40,607 nt of DNA from positions 1 to 40,607 of the forward strand of contig JAPPPF010000221.1 in NCBI GenBank assembly GCA_028817665.1. The letters are read 5' to 3'. This document shows positions 33,599 through 40,607 of this stretch, piece after piece; position 1 is the first letter of the stretch, and every line of letters begins with the position of its first letter. Source of the stretch: Magnetovibrio sp. (GTDB taxonomy: Bacteria > Pseudomonadota > Alphaproteobacteria > Rhodospirillales > Casp-alpha2). The position numbers were made by a program, and so were the translations under genes. A model generated the notes under the pieces. It saw nothing but the letters and a program-made list of their open reading frames with translations, was not told the DNA's origin and searched no databases.

Positions 33599-35107
33599 TC
33601 AATCGGAAACCGCGGTCACGGGTTCGGGTTGGGGTTTCGGGACGAACGACCGCCAGGCCCCCATGGCGATGGTGGCGACACCGCCGAGAATGAGCGCCAA
33701 ACCGATGGGACGGTCGAGGAAACCGCTGAAGTCGTACTGCAGCATCTGCATGGCCTGGGCGAAGGTCTGCTCGCCGACCTTGCCGAGGATCAGGCCGAGC
33801 ACGATCCCGGCCACCGAGTAGCCCGAGCGCCTGAGGAAGAAGGCGATCAGGCCCGCGGTGAACATGACGATCACGTCGACCACCAGGCCGCGGACCGCGT
33901 AGGCGCCGACCGTCGCCATCATCAGGATGGCCGGCGCCAGGAAGTGGAACGGGATTCTCAGCATGTGGACGACCGTCTTGGTCTGCAGCCAGCCAAGGAA
34001 GAAGATGCAGATGTTGGCGAAGAACATGGCCGCGAAGACGACCCAGATGAGATCGCCGGAGTTGACGAAGACCAGCGGTCCGGGCTCCATCTCGTGCATC
34101 TGGAAGACGCCGACCATCATTGCCGTCAGCGCGCCGCCGGGAAGGCCCAGCGCCAGCAACGGGATCATCGCCGCGCCGGTGGCCGCGTTGTTGGCCGTCT
34201 CGGACGAGACCACGCCCTCCAGTTCGCCCTTGCCGAACTTGGTTTTGTCCTTCGACCAACGGACCGCCTCGTTGTAGCCCATGAAGGCCGCCAGCGTCGC
34301 GCCGATGCCCGGCAGGATGCCGCAGAAGAAGCCGATCACCACGGAGCGCGCGACGGCCAGCTTCAGCTTCCAGAATTCGGCGAAGGTCGGGAAGTCGAGG
34401 TTCACCTTGGGCGCCTCGGTGGTGCCCTTGGCGCGCTTCTCCATCTGGATGAAGACCTCGGAGACGGCGAAGAAGCCGAGGATCGTCGGGATGAAGTGGA
34501 TGCCCGCCAGGAGATAGGCGACGCCGAAGTCGAAGCGCTCAAGCCCGCCCACGGGGTCGATGCCGACCATGGCGATCATCAGGCCCAGGAGCACCGACAG
34601 CCAGCCCTTCCAGAGGTCACCGGAGCCGACCGAGGCGGCGACGGCGAGGCCGAAGAAGACCAGCGCGAAGATTTCCGGCGGCCCGAACGCCGAGATCGCC
34701 CAGTTGGCGATGGGCGCCGTGGCGAACATCATCAGCAGCGCCGAGCAGGTGCCGCCGAAGGCCGAGCACAGGACCGCCGCGCCGACCGCCTTGCCGGCCA
34801 TGCCCTTCTGGGTCATCGGGTAGCCGTCGAAGCACGTCGGCGCGTTTTCCGGCGCGCCGGGAATGTTGAACAGGATCGCCGTGATGGCGCCGCCGAACAC
34901 GCCCGAGCAGTAGAGCACCGAGAACAGCATGATGCCGTCGGTGGCCGAGAGGTTTCCCGTGAACGGCAGCAGGATGGCGGCGAGCGTGAGCATGCTGACG
35001 CCGGGAATGGCGCCGAAGACCATGCCGCCCAACAGGCCGCCGGTGAAGATCAGGATCGATACGGGGTTGCTGAAAAGCGTCAACGTACCGGCAATGAAAT
35101 GTTCCAT
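33599..35107 (-). CDS. tctA: tripartite tricarboxylate transporter (TTT) large permease
   Basis: 502 aa, polytopic. GGLLGGMVFGAIPGVS and LALGLPGGALTAMM. Follows tctC and tctB. Confidence 0.88.
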   Translation of the reverse strand: MEHFIAGTLTLFSNPVSILIFTGGLLGGMVFGAIPGVSMLTLAAILLPFTGNLSATDGIMLFSVLYCSGVFGGAITAILFNIPGAPENAPTCFDGYPMTQKGMAGKAVGAAVLCSAFGGTCSALLMMFATAPIANWAISAFGPPEIFALVFFGLAVAASVGSGDLWKGWLSVLLGLMIAMVGIDPVGGLERFDFGVAYLLAGIHFIPTILGFFAVSEVFIQMEKRAKGTTEAPKVNLDFPTFAEFWKLKLAVARSVVIGFFCGILPGIGATLAAFMGYNEAVRWSKDKTKFGKGELEGVVSSETANNAATGAAMIPLLALGLPGGALTAMMVGVFQMHEMEPGPLVFVNSGDLIWVVFAAMFFANICIFFLGWLQTKTVVHMLRIPFHFLAPAILMMATVGAYAVRGLVVDVIVMFTAGLIAFFLRRSGYSVAGIVLGLILGKVGEQTFAQAMQMLQYDFSGFLDRPIGLALILGGVATIAMGAWRSFVPKPQPEPVTAVSD

Positions 35108-35137
35108 AACTATGTCCTCCTCAAGGGGCGCGGCCGA

Positions 35138-35674
35138 TCAACGGATCAGGACCAGCAGCCAGTTGGAGAAATCGTAGAAGGGGTGCATGGTTCCCGCCGG
35201 CAGCCCCACGTAGAGGATCTTCGCGAACAGGATCAGCAGGAATGCGTAGATACCGACCGTCACCGCGGCGATGCGCTTCCAATTCCGTTCGCCGCCGATG
35301 TAGACGAAGGCGGCGATGAACACCGGCGTCACCGTGTAGAAGCCGATCGGCTCCAGCAGGAACGCGTAGACGATGGGCAGGCCGATGATCAGCGTCGCCC
35401 GCAGCCGGTATCCGGCGTCCGGCGCGTCGTCACCGTCGGCGCCGGCCGCCGCCTCTTCCCCGCCACCGGCCTCGCCGCCGCGCCGCCATTCGATGGCGAG
35501 TTGCGCGATCGCGCAGAACGCGATGGCGAAGATCATGGCGCGCGGCCAGCCGGCGGCGCCGAACTCGTAGATCTCCAGTTCTTCGTCGAAATTGAATGTC
35601 AGTATGTAGGCGCCAATGGCGAAGATCAGCCAGAACGCCGTCTCCATCAATTGCCGTGTGGTTACCTTGTTCAT
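35138..35674 (-). CDS. tctB: TTT small membrane subunit
   Basis: 178 aa with four hydrophobic spans. Located between tctC and tctA. Confidence 0.75.
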   Translation of the reverse strand: MNKVTTRQLMETAFWLIFAIGAYILTFNFDEELEIYEFGAAGWPRAMIFAIAFCAIAQLAIEWRRGGEAGGGEEAAAGADGDDAPDAGYRLRATLIIGLPIVYAFLLEPIGFYTVTPVFIAAFVYIGGERNWKRIAAVTVGIYAFLLILFAKILYVGLPAGTMHPFYDFSNWLLVLIR

Positions 35675-35692
35675 GTCAACCTCCCGAAAGAA

Positions 35693-35725
35693 GGGGCGCC
35701 GCCGCGATGGTCGGGGCGGCGCCCC
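35693..35725 (-). terminator. strong hairpin after tctC (attenuator or stabiliser upstream of the tctB RBS)
   Basis: GGGGCGCCGCC (35693-35703) and GGCGGCGCCCC (35715-35725) form a perfect 11-bp stem with an 11-nt loop. The minus-strand RNA continues UUCUUUCGGGAGGUUGAC-AUG (tctB). Confidence 0.45.
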
Positions 35726-35770
35726 GGTTCCTTCATGTGCCCCCGGATACTCGACGGGGAGAGCGAACGA

Positions 35771-36799
35771 TCACTTCACCAGGCCCATGGATTTGTAGGC
35801 CTTGCGGTAGATCGCGGCGGTGTCGTTGATTAGCTTCACCGAGCCTTCCGTGTCGCGGAAGCTGTCGATGGCGTCCATGAACTTCTTCTTGTTGAAGCTC
35901 TGGAAGCTCGGCTGATGCCAGGCCTTCTGGAAGGCCCACTTCAGCCACTTGACCCGGTCCGCGGGCGCGTCCTTGTGGACGTAGAAGCCCCGGAAGCGGA
36001 GCAGCGGCTCGAAGGTCAGGCCGACGTCGTTCATCGCCGGCACGTCCTTGAAGGCCGCCGGACGGGTCTTGTAGATGGTCAGGATCGGCTTGAAGTCGCC
36101 GCTGTCGAGGAAGCCGCGGACGTCGCCGGGCTGCTCGAACAGCGCGTCGACCTGGCCACCCTTCAAGGCCGCGTAGCGGGGGCCGCCCTTGTCGAAGCTG
36201 ATCTGCTGCATCTTCATGCCGAAGTGATCGGTGATGAACTTGAGATTCACCCGCTCCATGGAACCCGCCTTTGAGACGTTGGCGATGGTCGAGCGGCCTT
36301 TCTTCGATTTCACGTACTTGACGTAGGAATCCCAGTCCGTGAAACGGGTCTCGTTGCCGCGGATGTAGATCTGCGAGAACGTGATCTGCGCCGTCACCAG
36401 CGGCACGAAGACTTCCGCCGGATTGGGGTTCTTGGCCTTCAACGCGTGCGCGCTGGTGGCGTCGTCGATGTGCTCCATGACCGAATAGCCGTCGGCCGGC
36501 GCGGCCATGTAGGACTTCATCCCGACGGTGCCGCTGCCGCCCGGCTTGTATTCCAGGTTGAGCGCGGCGCCGGTGACCTCGGTCACCGCCTCGGCCATCG
36601 CCCGGGACAATTGCCCGGAGCCGCCGCCCGGCCCATAGGGGACGAGCATGGTCATGGGACGTTCCGGAAAGCCGTTCGGCTTTTCCATCTTGTCCGGCAG
36701 ATTTCCGGGCGACGCGGGCGCCGCCGCGAAGGCGCCGGCGACCAGGCACAGCACGAATTTCGCGGCGAACCGCTTGCTGCCCGAAAATGAATGTGTCAT
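35771..36799 (-). CDS. tctC: TTT periplasmic substrate-binding protein (Bug/TctC family)
   Basis: ATG 36799 after GGGAGA. Signal peptide RFAAKFVLCLVAGAFAAAPASP, then VPYGPGGGSGQLSRA. 342 aa. The longer 539-codon open frame upstream is Arg/Gly-rich shadow sequence. Confidence 0.85.
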   Translation of the reverse strand: MTHSFSGSKRFAAKFVLCLVAGAFAAAPASPGNLPDKMEKPNGFPERPMTMLVPYGPGGGSGQLSRAMAEAVTEVTGAALNLEYKPGGSGTVGMKSYMAAPADGYSVMEHIDDATSAHALKAKNPNPAEVFVPLVTAQITFSQIYIRGNETRFTDWDSYVKYVKSKKGRSTIANVSKAGSMERVNLKFITDHFGMKMQQISFDKGGPRYAALKGGQVDALFEQPGDVRGFLDSGDFKPILTIYKTRPAAFKDVPAMNDVGLTFEPLLRFRGFYVHKDAPADRVKWLKWAFQKAWHQPSFQSFNKKKFMDAIDSFRDTEGSVKLINDTAAIYRKAYKSMGLVK

Positions 36800-36836
36800 G
36801 TGTAATTCTCCCAACAGAGTGTTTCGAGTTGTCACC

Positions 36837-36857
36837 GGATAGCCGCCATGGCTATCC
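36837..36857. promoter_or_regulatory. perfect dyad upstream of tctC (candidate IclR operator)
   Basis: GGATAGCC-GCCAT-GGCTATCC has 8-bp perfect arms and lies 38-60 nt upstream of the tctC ATG. Confidence 0.35.
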
Positions 36858-36882
36858 CTTAATTCGCGGCACCTTTGGGAAC

Positions 36883-36912
36883 GCCTCCCGGCCCGTGCCG
36901 GGGCCGGGAGGC
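36883..36912 (-). terminator. hairpin directly after the iclR-type gene stop
   Basis: GCCTCCCGGCC (36883-36893) and GGCCGGGAGGC (36902-36912) form an 11-bp stem with an 8-nt loop, 12 nt after the TAA at 36925-36927. No clear U tract. Confidence 0.35.
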
Positions 36913-36924
36913 ACCTTGGCCCCG

Positions 36925-37755
36925 TTAGTCCGCGGGCATCGAACCGGCTTCCGCCGACTCGAATTCCTTGTCTCCATCCTTCTCCTGAAGCTCGATGATG
37001 TGCTTCTGCATGGCCGCCGCGACGGCCCGCATGGTGGGCAGGTGTTCCTCCGCCTTCTTCACCGACATGCGCGCGTCGGGCGCGTGCACGGCGAGGCCGG
37101 CGACGACCTTGCCGTCGCCGTCGTAGATCGGCACCGCCAGCGCGATCAAGCCGGTCAGGTTCTCCGAATCGTTGGTCGCGTAGCCGCGCCGCCGAATCGT
37201 CTTCAGCTCTTCCTCGAGCACGTCGGGGTCGGTGATCGTGTTCTCGGTCAGCGCCGGCAGCGGCGCCGCGGTGATCAGGCGCTTGCGGGTGCGGCTCGGC
37301 AGGTGCGCCAACAGCAGCTTGCCGATCGCCGTGGCGTGCACCGAGACCCGGCTGCCGGGCCGGAACTGCAACCGCAGCGGCCAATCGCATTCGACGCGGT
37401 CGATATAGACGACCCCGTCGCGATCCAGGATGCCGATGTTGCAGGTCTCGCCGATGGTAGCGACCAGGTCCTTGAGGACGGTGCGCATGGGCGCCAACCG
37501 GTAGGCGGCGTGCAGCGCGTTGAGGCTGAGCGTCACCATGCGCGCACCGACGGAGAAATGATCGCGGGCGAAGTCGCGGCGGATCAGGTCGAGGTCTTCC
37601 AGTTGCCGGACGATGCGATGGACGGTTTGCCGGGGCAGGTCGAGGGTCGCCGAAATATCCGCGAGGCCCATGGGCCGGTCGGATTCGAACAAGGCGTCGA
37701 GGACGAGGACCGCCTTGTGAAGTGCCGAACCGCTTTCCTTCGCCGTGTCAGTCAT
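36925..37755 (-). CDS. IclR-family transcriptional regulator
   Basis: LHKAVLVLDALFESDRPMGLADISATLDLPRQTVHRIVRQLEDLDLI wHTH, plus an IclR effector-domain-sized C-terminus (TITDPDVLEEELKTIRRRGYA). Confidence 0.88.
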   Translation of the reverse strand: MTDTAKESGSALHKAVLVLDALFESDRPMGLADISATLDLPRQTVHRIVRQLEDLDLIRRDFARDHFSVGARMVTLSLNALHAAYRLAPMRTVLKDLVATIGETCNIGILDRDGVVYIDRVECDWPLRLQFRPGSRVSVHATAIGKLLLAHLPSRTRKRLITAAPLPALTENTITDPDVLEEELKTIRRRGYATNDSENLTGLIALAVPIYDGDGKVVAGLAVHAPDARMSVKKAEEHLPTMRAVAAAMQKHIIELQEKDGDKEFESAEAGSMPAD

Positions 37756-37847
37756 GCATCTTTCCTGAACCCGTTGACGCCGCGCTTAAGAAACTGAATG
37801 CGCACCTCAGCCTAGCGGCAACCTGACAAAAATCAAATTAATTCGAA

Positions 37848-37880
37848 TAAATTGTCCCATTTTATTAAATTATGACAATT
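37848..37880. promoter_or_regulatory. 8-bp perfect inverted repeat in an AT-rich island upstream of iclR-type gene / protease gene
   Basis: AAATTGTC (37848-37855) and GACAATTT (37873-37880) are separated by 17 nt, inside a strongly AT-rich stretch at about 37826-37890. Confidence 0.3.
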
Positions 37881-37999
37881 TTTTCTTAGAATCATCGCCT
37901 CGGCGACATGCCATATCGGTTCGGCGACACCGCCACGGCGGCGGCCGGCGCCGCGTTTCCGCGCCTGACGGCGCGCCTCAGCCGGGCTATCGTGGGGCC

Positions 38000-39133
38000 A
38001 TGATGATCGTTCGGGTTTTCATCGTCGGGTTGTGGGCGCTGGCATCGACGCCAGCGCTGGGTCAGGCCGCCTGCGACGGTCCGGCTCCGGTCTGCGCCAT
38101 CAAGGACCGGGTCTACGCCATCGCGTCCTCCGACCCGGCGGCCAGCGCCGTGCTGATCGAACCGGGCCTCCTGGTCACCAACCGCCACGCCGTCGCCAAC
38201 AATCCGCGCGCCCAGGTGTTCCGGCCGGACGGTTCGGAACTGCTCGCCGACGTGGTGCCGACGGCCTACGCCGGCGACCTCGTGTTGCTCAGCGCCCCGG
38301 GCCTCACCGGCTCCGGCGCGTGGAAACCGGCGCCGGAGCCGCGGCCCGACACCGATCTCTTCACCGTCGCCAACGACGTCGGGCGCGGCCGCATCCGCGT
38401 CTATCCGCCGGGCCGGCTGCTGAGTCCGCCGGCCGCCGGCAAGCCGCTGGCGCGGTTGCACCACACAGCCAGGAGCCAGCCCGGCAATTCCGGCGGCGCC
38501 TTGGTCGACGCGGAGGGCCGGCTGGTGGCCATCGTCACGTCCGGCGGCAGCGGCCGCTTCGAGGCCATCCCGGCGACCGAGATCGCGCGTCTCCGGGCGC
38601 TTTCGGGTCCAGATCACGCCGAGGCGAACCGCCGCATCGGACTCGCCTACCGACAATGCACGGAAGCCATCGACCAGGCCGCCGCCAGCCGCCAGGCCAT
38701 GCGCGCGCCGCACATCGCCTTCATCGCCGAGCGCTGCCGGACGTCCAACAACCGCCAACTCCTCGACCTCGCCGGCCAGACGCTCGGCCGGCGCGGCCAC
38801 CACGCCGACGCCATCGCCATGTTCGAAGCGGCGCTCGACCAGGATCCGGGCGCCCTCAACGCGCGGCTCGGCCTCGTCGTTACCCTGCACCTGGCCCAGC
38901 GCTACCAGGACGAACTGGCGCACCTCCGCCGCCTCATCGCCGTCCTGCCCCGCGACCTCCAGGTGCTCCGCTTCGCCATCCAGGCCGGCACCTGGGCCGG
39001 CGACAAAGCGCTGGCCCGGGAGGGGTTGACGCTGATGAAAACCCACCACCCGAAACTCGCGCCCTTGGCCGAGCGCTTCATGAACGCCCCGCCGCCGACC
39101 ACGCCGCGCCGGTCGTCGGCGCCGGCTCAGTAA
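38000..39133 (+). CDS. secreted trypsin-like (S1/PF13365-type) serine protease with a C-terminal TPR-like helical domain
   Basis: Signal peptide MMIVRVFIVGLWALASTPALGQA. Triad contexts LVTNRHAV, AGDLVLLS and QPGNSGGALVD. The C-terminal ~170 aa are helical-repeat-like (ADAIAMFEAALDQDPG..). Confidence 0.75.
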   Translation: MMIVRVFIVGLWALASTPALGQAACDGPAPVCAIKDRVYAIASSDPAASAVLIEPGLLVTNRHAVANNPRAQVFRPDGSELLADVVPTAYAGDLVLLSAPGLTGSGAWKPAPEPRPDTDLFTVANDVGRGRIRVYPPGRLLSPPAAGKPLARLHHTARSQPGNSGGALVDAEGRLVAIVTSGGSGRFEAIPATEIARLRALSGPDHAEANRRIGLAYRQCTEAIDQAAASRQAMRAPHIAFIAERCRTSNNRQLLDLAGQTLGRRGHHADAIAMFEAALDQDPGALNARLGLVVTLHLAQRYQDELAHLRRLIAVLPRDLQVLRFAIQAGTWAGDKALAREGLTLMKTHHPKLAPLAERFMNAPPPTTPRRSSAPAQ

Positions 39134-39140
39134 GCCTTTC

Positions 39141-39169
39141 CCCCGTCACGCCCGGTAATGACGACGGGG
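39141..39169. terminator. hairpin between the convergent protease genes (weak bidirectional terminator candidate)
   Basis: CCCCGTC (39141-39147) and GACGGGG (39163-39169) form a 7-bp stem with a 15-nt loop (alternative inner pairing CGTCA/TGACG). No U tract on either strand. Confidence 0.25.
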
Positions 39170-39177
39170 CGCGTGGC

Positions 39178-40485
39178 TTATTGCGGCGGCAGGAAGTCGT
39201 CCGTCGGGTCGGGGATCCAGCCGTGCTTCAAGGGCAGGTTCGGCTGGCGGGGCGAGGCCTTGGCGCGCGATAGGATGGCGCGCTTCAACTCCGGTGCCCG
39301 CCAGGCTGGGTGCTTGGCGAGGAAGCGCGCGGCGAGCGCTGCGACGCGGGGCACGGCGAAGCTCGACCCCGAGGCCTGCCCTTCGACGCCGCGGTGATCG
39401 AGGACCGCGACCTGCTCGCCCGGGACCATGACGTCGACGTGTTCGCGGCCCCAATTGGACCCCCGCGCCAGCCGGCCGAAGGCGTCCGCCGAGGTGACCA
39501 CCAAGATGTTCTCGAGGCCGAGGGCGGCGGGATAGACCGGGCGGGTGTCAATGTCGCGGCCGTTGTTGCCGGCGGAGACGATGAACAGCATGTGCGGGCG
39601 CGCCCGGGCGGCGGCCTCGAAGGCCTGCCAGTCGGCGCGCCGGTTCGAGCCCATGGCCATGTTGACGATGACGACGCCGCTGGCGTCGGCGTGTTCGACC
39701 AGCTCAGCCATCTTCGTCATCTCCGGCCTCGGGAACCGGTAGGGGATGATCCGCGCCGCCGGCGCCTCTCGGAGGATGATGCTGGTGACCGCGGTGCCGT
39801 GGTGCAGCGGGAAGAACGGCGAGCGGCCCGTATCGACGTCGAAGGGCCGCGCGTCCCCGTCCCAGAAGTCATAGCCGACGAGCCCGCCGTCGGCGCCCCG
39901 GGCGAGCCGCCGGGCGACGGCATCGAGGGTGTAGTTGACGCCGGTATCGACGACGGCGACGGCGACGCCGCCGGGATCGGTGCCGGCCGGGATCGCGGGG
40001 TTCAGTGCCTCTTCACTGAGCGTCTCGGCGAGATCGGGCGCCAGCACGGCCAACCGCTCGGGCTTGCCGTCGGCGCCGTAGACCAGGCGCCGGCCCTCGC
40101 GGACCCGGCAGTCACCGCCGGCGGTGGCGGCCAACTCGGGCCGCGTCCGCTCGCCACCCGCGTGGGCGTGCCATTCGGCGGTGACGCGGCGCAGCCGGCC
40201 CAAGGGAAACATGCTGGTGATCCTGAGCTCGGAACCGTCTTCCAGCAAAAGCACGTAGCGGGCCCGCCCGGGCTGGCCGCGAAACGGCGTGACCCGCTGT
40301 TCGAGGACGCGCGCGCCGGCGAATCGCCGGGTCAATTCCGCCTGTCCGCCGGCGGGCACGGCGCAAGCGGCCGCGAGGCCGGCGCGCACCACCGCCGCGC
40401 CGTCCGGTTCCGCGGCGCCCGCCGGCGTCACGAGAAATGCCGCGAAGATCGCGGCAATCCGGGCGTTCGAGACATCTCCAGCCAT
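39178..40485 (-). CDS. subtilisin-like S8 serine peptidase with an unassigned N-terminal region of ~160-180 aa, secreted
   Basis: ATG 40485 gives MAGDVSNARIAAIFAAFLVTPAGAA (signal peptide). Triad contexts VAVVDTGVN, HGTAVTSII and SGSSFAVPRVAAL. Confidence 0.8.
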   Translation of the reverse strand: MAGDVSNARIAAIFAAFLVTPAGAAEPDGAAVVRAGLAAACAVPAGGQAELTRRFAGARVLEQRVTPFRGQPGRARYVLLLEDGSELRITSMFPLGRLRRVTAEWHAHAGGERTRPELAATAGGDCRVREGRRLVYGADGKPERLAVLAPDLAETLSEEALNPAIPAGTDPGGVAVAVVDTGVNYTLDAVARRLARGADGGLVGYDFWDGDARPFDVDTGRSPFFPLHHGTAVTSIILREAPAARIIPYRFPRPEMTKMAELVEHADASGVVIVNMAMGSNRRADWQAFEAAARARPHMLFIVSAGNNGRDIDTRPVYPAALGLENILVVTSADAFGRLARGSNWGREHVDVMVPGEQVAVLDHRGVEGQASGSSFAVPRVAALAARFLAKHPAWRAPELKRAILSRAKASPRQPNLPLKHGWIPDPTDDFLPPQ

Positions 40486-40607
40486 CGCCGCATCATAGCC
40501 GCAGCGCCCTCCCGCACCCAAGCGAAGACGGTGAACCGCTTGGAGAAATTCAGTTTTCGAGGCAGATTCTAACCATGCCCATGATCGTGCATTTCGATCT
40601 GCAGGTC

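Noticed and set aside
33629-35833. 734-aa plus-strand ORF
   Set aside because: It is antisense to tctA and tctB and extremely rich in Arg/Asp/Glu/Gly. The minus-strand frames encode convincing polytopic TTT subunits.
35771-37390. 539-codon reading of the tctC frame, running through the iclR-type gene region
   Set aside because: The upstream 197 codons are Arg/Ala/Gly-rich and overlap the IclR gene in another frame. ATG 36799 has a GGGAGA SD and gives a normal signal peptide and a Bug/TctC-sized protein.
40575-40607. ATG-initiated frame (MPMIVHFDLQV...) at the window end
   Set aside because: Only 11 codons are visible. That is too short to support a gene call or a product.
1-40607. Search by eye for CRISPR arrays, tRNA/rRNA genes, IS elements, integrases, toxin-antitoxin or known defence-system genes
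   Set aside because: No regularly spaced direct repeats, no cloverleaf-like or rRNA-like segments, and no transposase-, integrase- or nuclease-like ORFs were recognised. All long ORFs with coherent composition are metabolic, transport, regulatory or protease genes.

Overview
GC-rich bacterial chromosomal segment (roughly two-thirds G+C by eye, not computed; alphaproteobacterium-like ORF style) packed with catabolic operons. I saw no rRNA, tRNA, CRISPR array, transposase or integrase. All family calls come from reading the supplied translations against remembered motifs; no search was run. Modules, left to right: (1) xsc (5-prime truncated) and pta, the desulfonation core of taurine/sulfoacetate catabolism. 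(2) An apparently truncated NosR-like FMN-domain gene whose 3-prime end overlaps pta. (3) LysR regulator, divergent from MmgE/PrpD plus soxBDAG (heterotetrameric sarcosine-oxidase type). (4) The most unusual part: a 13-gene, translationally coupled minus-strand operon (22868 to 11730). It runs GntR, a 747-aa PHP-like hydrolase, a 73-aa ORF, two-subunit AcnX, a VOC protein, SdhB-like, two membrane anchors, a TauE/SafE permease, two-subunit class-I fumarase-like hydro-lyase, and a detached SdhA/FrdA-like flavoprotein with altered active-site residues. (5) Divergent from it: an M29/NicX-like protein with a Cys/His-rich tail, a second TauE/SafE, and an SNF-family Na+ symporter. (6) An MFS transporter and an orphan family-3 binding protein. 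(7) An IclR-headed tctCBA operon with a CoA-acylating aldehyde dehydrogenase, SucCD-like ligase and quinone-reductase-like MDR. Together with xsc-pta this looks like a variant sulfoacetate-type pathway. (8) Two convergent secreted serine proteases (S1-TPR and S8). Main hypothesis (inference only): the window is an organosulfonate catabolic supercluster, and operon (4) is an undescribed dehydrogenase-plus-hydratase route for a succinate-like, possibly sulfonated, acid with a built-in sulfite exporter.
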